Shown here: positions 54,045 to 64,000 of the stretch, piece after piece
How positions within the stretch are numbered: the stretch's first letter is position 1
Layout of the letters: each line of letters opens with the position of its first letter
DNA from: an uncultured delta proteobacterium
GTDB taxonomy: Bacteria > Myxococcota_A > Polyangia > Fen-1088
Length of the DNA stretch: 64,000 bases
Direction of reading: 5' to 3'
Assembly (NCBI GenBank): GCA_963796685.1
Contig: CAWCMR010000025.1
Location: 1,280,001-1,344,000, forward strand
Program-made: the position numbers and the translations under genes
The notes under the pieces: model-generated
Told to the model about the DNA's origin: nothing
Databases searched by the model: none
Seen by the model: only the letters and a program-made list of their open reading frames with translations

Positions 54045-56211
54045 TTGAACACTCAGACGCTTTCGGCCTTGGTCGCCGCCATCGTCGGTCTTGCCGTCGG
54101 CGGGGCGGTTCTGCTGCGCGACCCCCGGCGCAGCGTGCACGCCCTCTTCGCCACTTTCGCGTTCAACGTGGCGGTGCAGAGGCTCCTCATGTTCCTCTCC
54201 TCGTCGCAGGATGCAAATTCGCTCCTGCGTTGGGGGGCCATGCTGGCCGCGGTATCGTTGCCCGCCACCGCGCAGCGGTTTTTCCGCGCGTTTCTCGGCG
54301 ACGAGGCCGGGCCGCCGCCCATGTCGCGTATCACCCTGGTCGGCGCCGCCCTGCTCTACCTGGCCTTGCTTTCCAGTCTCTTCCTGGCCACGCCGGTTCA
54401 CACCTCCAAGTGGTTCCTACTCGGCCTCCTCTCCTACGTCTTCCTCGGGCTCTACCTGTCCGTCTACTACCTGTACCGGCGCTACCGGCGCACGCCGTCG
54501 CGGGTCGAGAAGAATCCGCCTGCTCTACCTGCTGGTGGGAGGCCTCGCCACCGTGACTGCGGCGCTCCTGGACCTGGTTCCCTGGGCGCCCTCGGTGGGA
54601 AACATCTTCATCACCATCTACCTGTTTTTCCTGTCGCAGACGCTCGTGCGCTACCGCCTGCTCGACCTCAACGAGCTCCTCGGACGCATGGTCGTGTTGG
54701 CGGCCCTGGCCAGCATCTCCACCGTCATCTACGGCCTCTTGCTCATCAAGCTGGTCGATCTGAACGAAATCGGCCTGCTCTTCCTCAATGCCCTCATCGC
54801 CTCCACCGCCATCATCATCGTGTTCGAGCCGCTGCGCTCGCTGCTCGAACGCGTGGTGAATCGCTGGATGTTCCAGGAGAAATACGAGCTCTTTCGCCGC
54901 ATCGAGAGCCTGCGCGCCGACCTCATGAACGTCATCGACGTGCGCGATCTGGTGCCGCGCGTGCTCTCCGCGCTCGAGGATTCGCGCCGCGTGACCCACG
55001 CCTCGATGTACATCGTCGACCCTGACGGCTCGGCCTACGACCTCATCGGGCATGTGGGCCCGCGCCCGGAAGGCCGCATCGATGCCGTCGCCCATCGCGG
55101 GTTCCTGGAGCGCCTGCGCCGGGCCGGGGTGGTCTCCGTCGAAGGTCTCGAGCGTGAGCTGCTGGCCTTACGCAACAAGCAGGGCGAAGAGCGCGAAGCC
55201 CTACTGCTCATCGTGCGCGTGCTTGAGCAGCTCAACGGCTCGGTGGTGCTGGCCATCCTCGGCGAAGAGCAGCTGCTCGGCATGTTGGTTCTGCGCGACG
55301 AGCGCCTGCGCGAGGCCTATTCCTCCGAGGAAATCGAGCTCTTTCGCGGCGTGGCCGCGTCCATCGGTGTGACCTTGCAGAACTCGCAGATCTACGAGCG
55401 CATGAAAGAGCGCGATCGTCTGGCGGCGCTCGGCCAGATGGCGGCGGGGCTCGCCCACGAGATCCGCAATCCGCTCGGATCGATCAAGGGGGCGGCCCAG
55501 TACCTGCAGCCGGTGGAAGGGCAAAAGCCGGACGCCAGCACGCGCGAGTTCCTCGACATCATCGTCGAAGAGGTCGACCGTCTGAACAAGATCGTCTCGC
55601 AATTCCTCGACTACGCGCGGCCCTACCGCGGCGATCAGAGCCCGCTCGATCTCAACGACGTGGTTCGCAAGACCGTCAATCTGATCGAGAAGGAGCGCAG
55701 CGGTTCGCGCGTGGAAATCGTGATGAACCTGCTCGAAGGCCTGCCGCCGGTGCGCGCCGACGCGCAACAGCTTCGCCAGGTGTTCCTGAACCTGGCCATC
55801 AATGCCTTCGATGCCATGGCCCAGGGCGGGCGCTTGCAGGTGTCCACCAGCTTGCGTCGTTCGACCCGGCGGGGCGCGTCCGCGGCGTTTCTGGAAATCC
55901 GTTTCCGCGACGACGGCATCGGCATCCCGCCCGCCGATCTGCGCAACCTGTTCATCCCCTTCTTCACGACCAAGGAAAAGGGCACCGGCCTCGGCCTGCC
56001 CATCAGTCAACGCATCATCGAGAACCATGGCGGCACCATCGAGGTGCGCTCGCAGCCGGGCTCCGGGTCGACCTTCACCGTGCTATTGCCCGTGGAAGCC
56101 GATGCCTACGCGTCGTACGCCGAAAACAAGAAAGTGACCGCCTCACGCAAAGTCACGCCCGCATCCACCACCGCGGCGGTGACCGTACGGCCTCCTAGGC
56201 CGTTCCCATGA
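54045..56211 (+). CDS. Membrane-bound sensor histidine kinase (multi-TM, GAF, HisKA, HATPase); apparent +1 frameshift near 54513
   Basis: GGAGG then TTG; TM block continues across the frame change; GLAHEIRNPL, QVFLNLAINA, DDGIGI, PFFTTKEKGTGLGL. Confidence 0.88.
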
Positions 56212-57373
56212 CGAGGTTGTCGCGCGTGACCAGGGCGTCGTAGCCGCGATAGCCGAGGATGGTGTCGATTTCGTCGCTTTGCCGGCCGGCCAGCTTGCGG
56301 CACGCGTCGGCGTCGTAGTTCACCATGCCGCGGCCCCGCACCCGCCCGCTGCCGTCGCGGATCTCGACCACGTCGCCCTTGTCGAAGCTGCCTTCGACGG
56401 TGATGACCCCGACGGGAAGCAACGAGGCCTTGCCCTTCTCCAGCGCCCGCAACGCGCCCTCGTTGAGCACCAGGGCGCCGAATCTTCGACTGGCCACAGC
56501 GATGAAGCGCAGGCGCGCGCGCCGGCGATCCGGGGTCGGGATCAGGGTGCCCACGTCGTCACCGGCCAGGATCTTGGCCAGCACCGAGGGCTCCCCGCCA
56601 TTCGCGATCACGACCGAGGTGCCCTCCGCGGTGGCGAGCCTGGCCGCCTCCAGCTTGCTCAACATCCCGCCCGTACCGCCGCTCGACGATCCGCTGGCAC
56701 GACCGAGGGCGCTTTCGTCCACGTGGGTCAGCAGCGCGATCCGCTGAGCGCCCGCATCGGTCTTGGGATTGGCCGTGAAGAGCCCGTCCACGTTGGTGAG
56801 CAGGACGAGCAAATCGGCGTCGAGGGTCACGGCCACGCGGGCCGCCAGACCGTCGTTGTCGCCGAATGTCTTCTTGGCCGGCCCGCCGCCCGCCCGACTC
56901 TGGTACTCGACCAGCTCGCGGATACTGACGCTGTCGTTCTCGTTGAGAACCGGAACGGCGCCGAGCTCGAGCAGGCGCATGAGGGTCGTACGCACGCACA
57001 GGGCGCGATCCCGGTCGCCCAGGTCTTCCTGGGTCAGCAGCACCTGCGCCGCGATCACGCCCTGTTTGGCGAAGGCATCGGCGTAGGCCGCCATGAGGTG
57101 CCCCTGGCCCACGGCCGCGCATGCCTGGCGCAGTCCGAGCGAGCGTGGCCTCTGATTCAGGCCAAGCAGGCGCATGCCCATGCCCACGGCCCCCGAGGTG
57201 ACCAAGACGATGTCGCGACCGGCCTTGCGCTGGCTCGCCAACCCTTCGACAAGAGCCGTCACCCGCCCCACGGCCAGCTCGGAGCCTTCATTCGTGACCA
57301 CCTGGGTTCCGACCTTGACCACCAAGCGGTGTACATCGCGAAGCGTCGCGCGAGGAGTGACGTCTTTGGTCAT
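56195..57373 (-). CDS. proB: Glutamate 5-kinase
   Basis: VVKVGT, VTSGAV, AAVGQ, LNENDSV, FGDNDGL, GTGGMLSK, C-terminal PUA domain. Confidence 0.96.
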   Translation of the reverse strand: MTKDVTPRATLRDVHRLVVKVGTQVVTNEGSELAVGRVTALVEGLASQRKAGRDIVLVTSGAVGMGMRLLGLNQRPRSLGLRQACAAVGQGHLMAAYADAFAKQGVIAAQVLLTQEDLGDRDRALCVRTTLMRLLELGAVPVLNENDSVSIRELVEYQSRAGGGPAKKTFGDNDGLAARVAVTLDADLLVLLTNVDGLFTANPKTDAGAQRIALLTHVDESALGRASGSSSGGTGGMLSKLEAARLATAEGTSVVIANGGEPSVLAKILAGDDVGTLIPTPDRRRARLRFIAVASRRFGALVLNEGALRALEKGKASLLPVGVITVEGSFDKGDVVEIRDGSGRVRGRGMVNYDADACRKLAGRQSDEIDTILGYRGYDALVTRDNLVMGTA

Positions 57374-57419
57374 GCGGGAGCGACTTTACCTTGACCGCGC
57401 TTCGTGTGGTAATGCGCGT

Positions 57420-58238
57420 GTGACTCTCCTCGAAGACGGCAAGACCTTGGGCGTAATCGGCTGCGGCACGATGGGCGAAGCCATCGTGCGCGGCATTCTC
57501 CATTCGGGCAACCTGGCACCCGCGCAGATCTTCGCCTGCGACGCACGCGCCGAGGTGGCCCGCGACCTGGCAGCCAAGCACGGTATTCGCACGAGAACCG
57601 ACAACCTGGCGGTGGCCAAGGCTTGCGACGTGGCGCTGGTCTGCGTGAAACCCTACCAAATGGGCGCCGTCCTCGACAGCGATGCCATGCGCTCGGCCCT
57701 GGCGGGCAAGTTGGTGATCAGCATCGCGGCTGGCGTCCGCCTGGAGAAGCTGTGCGGCTTTCTACCCGGCAGCGCCGTGATTCGCGCCATGCCCAACGTG
57801 TCCGCCCTCATCGGCGAAGGCATGGCCGGGCTTGCGCGCAGCAAGGGCACGAACGACCAGCAGATGTCCCTGGCGCTGGCGCTCTTCGCCTCGGTTGGCA
57901 AGGCCCAGGAGGTCGACGAGGCCCACATGGACATCGTGACCGCCGTGGCGGGCAGCGGGCCGGCTTTCGTGTTCGTGATGATCGACGCCCTGGCCGACGG
58001 GGCCGTGCGCCTCGGCTTGCGCCGCGACGCCGCGGTGGCCATGGCCGCCCAGATGGTGCAGGGCGCTGCGCGTATGGTCGTGCAGACCGGCACGCATCCG
58101 GCCGTGCTCAAGGATCAAGTGACGACGCCCGGGGGTTGCACCATCGCCGGCCTCGGCGTGATGGAGGACGGCAAGATCCGCTCGGTCCTGGCGCGCACCA
58201 TCGAGGAAACCGCGCGCGTGGCGGGCAAGCTCGGGTGA
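57420..58238 (+). CDS. proC: Pyrroline-5-carboxylate reductase
   Basis: IGCGTMG, CVKP, ISIAAG, RAMPN, GSGPAF, VTTPGGCTIAG; GTG start inferred. Confidence 0.95.
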   Translation: MTLLEDGKTLGVIGCGTMGEAIVRGILHSGNLAPAQIFACDARAEVARDLAAKHGIRTRTDNLAVAKACDVALVCVKPYQMGAVLDSDAMRSALAGKLVISIAAGVRLEKLCGFLPGSAVIRAMPNVSALIGEGMAGLARSKGTNDQQMSLALALFASVGKAQEVDEAHMDIVTAVAGSGPAFVFVMIDALADGAVRLGLRRDAAVAMAAQMVQGAARMVVQTGTHPAVLKDQVTTPGGCTIAGLGVMEDGKIRSVLARTIEETARVAGKLG

Positions 58239-58282
58239 GGAGAACCCGAATCCACCGGCGCCTGGAGGCCATCTAATGGATC

Positions 58283-59155
58283 ATGACGCTTCGACCTATC
58301 GAGCAGATCATCCGGCCTCAGCCCACGGTTGAAGGAGCGGGCGTACACCTCATCCGCAGCATCGGCACGGGCCAACTGACCAACCTCGATCCGTTTCTGC
58401 TGCTCGACCACTTCGAGTCGTCGGCGCCTTCGGACTACCGGGCCGGCTTTCCCTTTCACCCCCACCGCGGCATCGAAACCGTGACCATTCTGCGCACCGG
58501 GCAAGTCCGGCACGGCGATTCGCTGGGACACAAGGGCACCATCGACGGCGGCGACATCCAATGGATGACCTCGGGCAGTGGCATCCTTCACGAGGAAATG
58601 CCGGTCGTGCGGCCCGAGGGCATTTCGGGCCTGCAGCTGTGGCTCAACCTGCCCGCCCGGGAAAAGATGACCCGGCCGAAGTACCGCGATCTGCGCGCCG
58701 ACAAGTTGGAAGAACGAGCCACCGACGATGGCGCAAAAATTCGAGTCATCGCGGGCGAGGCCGACGGCGGCCGCAGCAAAGGCCCGGTGGAGGGGCTTTC
58801 GGTGGCGCCGAAGTTCATCGACGTGAATCTGCCCGCGGGCGCGGTTTTTCGCGAAGAGGTGCCGGCGGGCCACACCGCGTTCGCCTACCTTGATCGCGGC
58901 AAGGTGGATTTCGGCACGGGCGCCGACGTGCAGTCCGTCGAGGGGCCAGCCCTGGTGGTGTTCGGCGAGGGCGATTTCATTCGCGCCCGGGGCGGGTCGA
59001 AGGGCGGGCGATTTCTGCTCGCCGCTGCCCGTCCGCTCGGCGAGCCCATCGCGCGCTACGGACCGTTCGTGATGAACACGCGCGAAGAGATCGAGCAAAC
59101 GCTGGACGAATTGCGTAGCGGAAAGTTCATCCGCGAGGAAGCCACCGACGCGTGA
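58283..59155 (+). CDS. Pirin family protein
   Basis: DPFLLLDHF, HPHRGIETVT, WMTSGSGILHEE, QLWLNLP, GPFVMNT. Confidence 0.95.
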   Translation: MTLRPIEQIIRPQPTVEGAGVHLIRSIGTGQLTNLDPFLLLDHFESSAPSDYRAGFPFHPHRGIETVTILRTGQVRHGDSLGHKGTIDGGDIQWMTSGSGILHEEMPVVRPEGISGLQLWLNLPAREKMTRPKYRDLRADKLEERATDDGAKIRVIAGEADGGRSKGPVEGLSVAPKFIDVNLPAGAVFREEVPAGHTAFAYLDRGKVDFGTGADVQSVEGPALVVFGEGDFIRARGGSKGGRFLLAAARPLGEPIARYGPFVMNTREEIEQTLDELRSGKFIREEATDA

Positions 59156-59728
59156 AACGGCCGAGGTGCGGTACGGTAGCGAAACGATGGATTGCCCTGC
59201 TCGTGCTCGCGCTCCCAGCATGCAAACCCGGTATATCCCCCTCGCCGGTCCGGGAATCGTCGCCGGCTCGCACTGAAGAGACGGCCGCACCTCTTCACGC
59301 GCGGGGAGCATCGGCCGCGATGCGTGACAAGAACGAGATCTTCCCCGAGGCCGCGCCGCCGTACGTGGCCGCGGGGCCCATTCAGCACGGTCCGGGCTAC
59401 GTGCGTCGCACCTACACCTCAGGCGAAAAGAGGGTGGAGATCACCATCGCGACCACGGGCCGGGAGCCAGGCGCGTTCGAGCGCTGGGTGGCGGGCTCGG
59501 CGAGCTACCCACAAGCCCCGCTCGCGCTGCCAGCGTCCCAGGCCAATGGCTTCTTCACCTGCGCCTCCGAGCGCGCCAATGCCCCCTGCGACCTGCACAT
59601 CCAGCTTCGTTCGGGGTTTCACATCGAAGCCATGGGCAACGGCCGCGTCCCGCGCGCCGACTTGCTCGAGCTTCTCCGCCCATGTCCCCCTGGGCGCCCT
59701 GTCGGATGCGACCTTCGCCAAGCTATAG
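59152..59728 (+). CDS. Hypothetical lipoprotein; apparent +1 frameshift near 59672
   Basis: Lipobox LALPAC; the corrected frame ends AHVPLGALSDATFAKL-TAG. Confidence 0.55.
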
Positions 59729-59799
59729 CGTCCCACAAGTCTTCCTTCTTTCTGTTTCCGCGCGCCAGCGTGTCTCTCTTAGCGGAAGGAGAGACCACC

Positions 59800-60795
59800 A
59801 TGACACGTTTCGTTGCCTACACTGCCTTGTTCTCTACCCTGACCGTTGGGCTATTCGCCTGCCAACCCAAGGACGAGCCGGGCTCGGAGTTCGCCACCGG
59901 GGTACCACGCGCAAGCACGGTGGCCATGGCCGTCCCCGGCTCGGACAACAAGGCCCTGACGGTCGAGGGAAGCAACTACGCCCTCATGGGGCAACTCGCC
60001 GACTGGTACGTCACCACCCGCGCCGTCACCGTGACGGTCAATGCCGGCGCCCTGGCGGTGGGCTTGCTGGTCAAGTTGGTGACCAACAACCCGGCAACGA
60101 GCGTCACCTTGAATGCGGCAGTGTGGGGTCCCTGGCAATCTCCTCTCGATCCCATCGAATGGAAGGTCACGATCACGCGTACCGCGTCGCACCAGTATGC
60201 GTACATGTTCCAAGGACGCGACAAGCACGACCAGACCGCGCCGTTCGTCACCGTGCTCTCGGGAACGCACGCGCCCGGTCTCGATGCGCAGGGCAACGAA
60301 ATGGAAGGCTTTGGCGCGGGAAGCTTCACGCTCGATTGGGACGCGCGCGCCACGTTGCCCCAACCGGACAGCAACGTGGGTACCGCTAACTACACCTATG
60401 ACCACATGAGTCCCGACGCCGTGGTCAATATCGCGGCCAAGTTCCGCCAGGTCAAAGACGACAATCAACCTGGCAAGCTGGTCGATGTAGACTATGCCTT
60501 CGTTCAGAATCCTGGCGCGGATGGCAGCATGGATTTCCTCTACGACGTTCCCGCGAACGCGACGTCTGCCGGCGGCCTCGGCAAGGTGCACAGCCGGTGG
60601 CTGTGGAGCGGCGCCGGACGCTCGGATGTCAGCGTCACCACCACGGACAGCGCGCTGACCTACACCCTGAGCGAGTGCTGGGACACGAATTACCTCAGCG
60701 TCTACAAGTCGGTTCCCATTTCGACCAGCGCGACGGACAATTACGGCAGCGTCTCGAGCTGCGTGTTCCAGGACGCGCAATTCTCGAACCTTTGA
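59800..60795 (+). CDS. Hypothetical beta-rich lipoprotein
   Basis: AAGGAG RBS plus ATG; lipobox GLFAC; WGPW, GAGRSD and ECWD motifs. Confidence 0.8.
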   Translation: MTRFVAYTALFSTLTVGLFACQPKDEPGSEFATGVPRASTVAMAVPGSDNKALTVEGSNYALMGQLADWYVTTRAVTVTVNAGALAVGLLVKLVTNNPATSVTLNAAVWGPWQSPLDPIEWKVTITRTASHQYAYMFQGRDKHDQTAPFVTVLSGTHAPGLDAQGNEMEGFGAGSFTLDWDARATLPQPDSNVGTANYTYDHMSPDAVVNIAAKFRQVKDDNQPGKLVDVDYAFVQNPGADGSMDFLYDVPANATSAGGLGKVHSRWLWSGAGRSDVSVTTTDSALTYTLSECWDTNYLSVYKSVPISTSATDNYGSVSSCVFQDAQFSNL

Positions 60796-60797
60796 TC

Positions 60798-61346
60798 ATG
60801 AGCGGCCGCCAGACCCCGACGTTTCAGATCATCCCGGGCGAAAAGGGCCTGGCGGCCTCGGATGCGCGCGAGCAGCTGCGCGAGCTTTACACACGATACG
60901 GCGCCAGTGTTTTCGGGCGCTGTGCCTACATTCTCAAGGATCGCAGCAAGGCCGAGGATGCCATGCAAGACGTATTCGCCAAGGCCCTCACCCACTACGC
61001 GGGCTTTCGCTCGGAATCCTCGCCTCTCACCTGGCTTATCAAGATCGCCACCCACCACTGTCTCAACATCCTGCGCGCCGATCGCGCCGCCTGGCACGAA
61101 CGTTTCGAGCGCGAGACCCGCGCGCGCAACGCCAGCGAGCCCGGCCCGCAGGTTTTCGAGATGCGCGAGCTGGTGGCCAAGATGCTGTCCCTCGTCGACC
61201 AAGAGACCCAGGCCGTGGCCATCCACTACCACGTCGACGAAATGACCCTGGAGGAGGTCGCCGCGCTCCTCGGGCGGTCGGTGCCGACGGTGCGCAAGCG
61301 CCTGGGCGAGTTTGCCGCGGCCTGCGGCAGGGAGTTTTCGCCATGA
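60798..61346 (+). CDS. ECF RNA polymerase sigma factor
   Basis: LYTRY, AEDAMQDVF, TWLIKIATHHCLN; region 4 MTLEEVAALLGRSVPTVRKRL. Confidence 0.92.
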   Translation: MSGRQTPTFQIIPGEKGLAASDAREQLRELYTRYGASVFGRCAYILKDRSKAEDAMQDVFAKALTHYAGFRSESSPLTWLIKIATHHCLNILRADRAAWHERFERETRARNASEPGPQVFEMRELVAKMLSLVDQETQAVAIHYHVDEMTLEEVAALLGRSVPTVRKRLGEFAAACGREFSP

Positions 61347-62137
61347 CCCTGGTCGAGAATCACGAGACGCCGTCGAGTCACCTGGCCGAGCTGGCCCTGC
61401 GCTGCTACCGCGCGGGCGAGTTTCCGCCCGAAGCCTGCGCCGAGATGGAGCGTCACCTCGCGAGCTGCCCCGCCTGCCGGGCCAAGATGCGCGTGCTGGT
61501 CGAAGAGCAGCGTGCGTTCGAGCGCGAGATCCCGTTCGAGCGCTTCGCCGGCGGTGTGGAGCGCGCCCAGCGCGTGCCGCGGCAGCGTCCGCGACGGGCG
61601 TGGGCTTTCGGACTTTCCGGGGTGCTGGCCGCCGCAGCGGTGGCCTTGTTCCTCGTGCGCGTGTCCTCGCCCGGGAACCATCAACACAACCGCAGCAAGG
61701 GCAGCGCCGTGGAGGCCACGGCACGCATCGCCTCGACGGGAAATTCATCGCAGCGGATCTCCCCGCCCGGATCGCAAGAGGTGCTGGACCCGGGCGACCG
61801 GGTTCGTCTCGGCTACAAGACCGCGGACCCGCGCTACCTGGCGGCCGTCTCCGTCGACGACAGCGGTGAGGTGACCCCGCTCTATCCCGAACGAGGTCCG
61901 GCTCTCCCGGTGCCCGCCACTCTAGAAACTGTCTACTTGCCCGACAGCCTGGAGTTCACGGGCGCGGGCCGCGAACGGGTCTTCCTCTTCCTGGCGCGAA
62001 CGCCCTTCGACCTCGAGGCCGCCGAGCAGGCCGTGCGGTCCGCGCACCAGGCGGCCAAGGGCGATCTCTCGGCCCTGCCGAATCCCGCCTTCGCTGGCGG
62101 ACAAGACGTCTTCTCCTGGCTGTTTCGCAAGCCATGA
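61343..62137 (+). CDS. Zinc-binding anti-sigma factor with TM and a DUF4384-like periplasmic domain
   Basis: ZAS motif HLASCPAC; TM; RSKG; PGDRVRL, SVDDSGEVTPLYP, LPDSLEF, GRERVF. Confidence 0.8.
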   Translation: MTLVENHETPSSHLAELALRCYRAGEFPPEACAEMERHLASCPACRAKMRVLVEEQRAFEREIPFERFAGGVERAQRVPRQRPRRAWAFGLSGVLAAAAVALFLVRVSSPGNHQHNRSKGSAVEATARIASTGNSSQRISPPGSQEVLDPGDRVRLGYKTADPRYLAAVSVDDSGEVTPLYPERGPALPVPATLETVYLPDSLEFTGAGRERVFLFLARTPFDLEAAEQAVRSAHQAAKGDLSALPNPAFAGGQDVFSWLFRKP

Positions 62138-63735
62138 CCACCCTGCGAGCCATCGCGCGGGCCGGGCCGGTGTTGGCGCTACTGCTTTGCGCGGCGCCGA
62201 CGCAGGCCGCGGGTCAGCACCGATTCGCGCTCATCGCGGGCAACGACGAAGGCGGCAGCGACACCCGTCCTTTGCGCTTTGCCGCCGAGGACGCGCGCAA
62301 GGTGTACGCCGTGCTCACGCAGCTCGGGGGCGTGGCATCGGGCGATGTCACCATGATCCTCAACCAGTCGGCGGGTGAATTTTGGCGCGCCCTTGGCGAC
62401 CTCGAGGGGCGCATGGCCCAGGCCAAGCAGCGCGGCGAGCGGGCACTTTTCATCCTCTACTATTCGGGCCACGCCAAGGACGGCGAGCTGCGCCTGGGCG
62501 ACTCGCGCATTCGGCTCGATCAATTGAAGGCGCGCTTGTCGGCGGCGCCGGCCGACATCCGCATCGGCGTGTTCGATTCGTGCCACTCGGGCATGGTGAC
62601 CCGCACCAAGGGCGCGCGCCACGCGCCGGCGTTCCAGATCGAAGCCGCGGGCTCGGAAGAAACCCGCGGCCTGGTGCTACTGTCCTCGTCCAGCGCCGAC
62701 GAGGACGCGCAAGAATCGGATGAGATTGGCGGCAGCTACTTTTCCCACTACCTGGTCAGCGGTTTGCGCGGCGATGCCGATCGCTCGCGCGACCGCCGCG
62801 TGACCCTGTCCGAGGCCTATGCCTACGCCTACGCGCGCACGGTGGCGGACACGGCTGAAAGCGCCGCTGGCGCCCAACACCCGACCTTCAGCTACGACTT
62901 CCAGGGCAACGCCGATCTGGTGCTGACCGATTTCGCCAGCCGGCGCGAGGGCATCTACGTCCCCGGCACGGCGCCCGCGGGGATCTACTACATCGTGGAT
63001 GGCAATGGCTTCATCGCGGCCGAGATTCAAAAAGCTGCCGACGGCGATCGACAGATCGCCTTGCCCGCCGGCCGCTACCACGTCCGCCGCCGGCTCGCCG
63101 ATCGCCTGCGCATCGGCGAGATCCAGATCGCCTCGGGTCAGCTCGCCACCCTCGACGAATCCCGGCTGCGCGACGCCCCCTTCTCCGACGACCCGGTGAA
63201 GGGCGCGATTCGCGACGAGGGCGCGCATTTGAGCCTCAGCCTGGGCGGCATGATGCAGTCGTTCTTCGATGGACCCACGCGCGACAGTCTCTTCCCACCC
63301 ACTGGCATGGTGGGCGTGGAGCTCGAGGTGCGCGATTTCTTCCGCCACGGCTTCATCTGGGGACTCGACGTGGCCAGCGGCGGCGCGCACGGCCAGGTCG
63401 ATCGCTATGGCTCGCTCTTGCCCTTCCGTTTCAGCGAGGTCACGGCGGGAACCACGCTGGCCGCGGAGTGGCGTTTTCACTTCGGCGACGTCGGCGTGTT
63501 CGCGGGCCTGCGCCTGGCGGTCGTGCTCATGAGCCGCAAATTCGACGATCCCGCCATTCCCGATCAGTTCTTCGCCACCTTCACGCCGGGCCTGGTCGGA
63601 GGTTTCCGCTATCGTCTGTCACGAAGCTTTGCCCTGCTGACACGCGGCCGTGTCCATTACTTGCTTTACAACGTCGACGAAGACCGCTCCCTCGGTTATT
63701 GGGAGCTTTCCGCGGGGGTTGCCTATGATTTCTGA
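62134..63735 (+). CDS. Secreted caspase-family (peptidase C14) protein with a C-terminal beta-barrel-like domain
   Basis: Signal peptide; LRFAAEDA, YYSGHA (His), FDSCHSG (Cys), GLRGDAD, QHPTF; amphipathic C-terminal strands ending GVAYDF. Confidence 0.85.
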   Translation: MTTLRAIARAGPVLALLLCAAPTQAAGQHRFALIAGNDEGGSDTRPLRFAAEDARKVYAVLTQLGGVASGDVTMILNQSAGEFWRALGDLEGRMAQAKQRGERALFILYYSGHAKDGELRLGDSRIRLDQLKARLSAAPADIRIGVFDSCHSGMVTRTKGARHAPAFQIEAAGSEETRGLVLLSSSSADEDAQESDEIGGSYFSHYLVSGLRGDADRSRDRRVTLSEAYAYAYARTVADTAESAAGAQHPTFSYDFQGNADLVLTDFASRREGIYVPGTAPAGIYYIVDGNGFIAAEIQKAADGDRQIALPAGRYHVRRRLADRLRIGEIQIASGQLATLDESRLRDAPFSDDPVKGAIRDEGAHLSLSLGGMMQSFFDGPTRDSLFPPTGMVGVELEVRDFFRHGFIWGLDVASGGAHGQVDRYGSLLPFRFSEVTAGTTLAAEWRFHFGDVGVFAGLRLAVVLMSRKFDDPAIPDQFFATFTPGLVGGFRYRLSRSFALLTRGRVHYLLYNVDEDRSLGYWELSAGVAYDF

Positions 63736-64000
63736 ACGTCTCGGTCCATGGTCGCTGGTCCTGCTCGCCGCCATTGGCGCGAGCGCCTGCGGAAACTATT
63801 CCAACGAGGATCTCGATTTTCAGCTCGCCCTGCCCGAGCAAAGCGACATCGAAGCCAAGATGCAACTATCGGTCACGCGTGCGGACTCGGCCGAGTACTA
63901 CCTTGCGACCCGCGGCGCGATTGCCACCTTCAACACCATGGTCGCGGATCTGGTCGGCCTCATCGAGGTGGTTCGCGGCACCACGCCGACCTCGCGCCAG
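63725..64000 (+). CDS. Hypothetical lipoprotein (partial), paralogue of 59800-60795
   Basis: Hand translation MISERLGPWSLVLLAAIGASACGNYSNEDLDF..AEYYLATR..; runs off the window. Confidence 0.75.
   Translation, partial: MISERLGPWSLVLLAAIGASACGNYSNEDLDFQLALPEQSDIEAKMQLSVTRADSAEYYLATRGAIATFNTMVADLVGLIEVVRGTTPTSRQ

Noticed and set aside
56195-58238. proB/proC as a dedicated proline supply for the pyrrole pathway
   Set aside because: More than 30 kb away, beyond the rRNA operon and among housekeeping genes; no evidence of linkage.
59152-60795. 547-aa double-lipoprotein fusion
   Set aside because: An internal strong RBS, ATG and lipobox at 59800, and a natural stop at 59728 after a one-base correction; artefact.

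Overview
High-GC bacterial window. The 16S sequence and gene content point to Myxococcota (Polyangia-like); this is an impression, not a computed placement. Bases 1 to ~39.7 kb are a large Wzx/Wzy-type exopolysaccharide locus: about ten glycosyltransferases, Wzx, Wzy, a WcaJ/EpsZ-type priming enzyme, an outer-membrane beta-barrel, a GH5-like lipoprotein and a DegT aminotransferase. Embedded in it is a carrier-protein-dependent acyl assembly line: a proline adenylation enzyme, PCP and prolyl-PCP dehydrogenase (pyrrole-2-carboxyl starter), an internally deleted CloN6-like B12/radical-SAM gene, ACP/KS/CLF/KR, a stand-alone AT, a PPTase and an FkbH-ACP-thioesterase with a Cys nucleophile. The export machinery is unusual: one ORF fuses FHA, co-polymerase (PCP) and OPX. 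From ~40 kb the window is mostly housekeeping: bamD, an mpl-GNAT fusion, tyrS, a complete minus-strand rRNA operon (16S, tRNA-Ile, tRNA-Ala, 23S, 5S), hemB, hemD, an HNH nuclease, a histidine kinase, proB, proC and pirin. It ends in a lipoprotein / ECF sigma / anti-sigma / caspase-barrel / lipoprotein module. At least eight single-base frameshifts look like systematic sequencing errors, so several coordinates are hand-corrected. All family calls come from motif recognition by eye; no searches were run.
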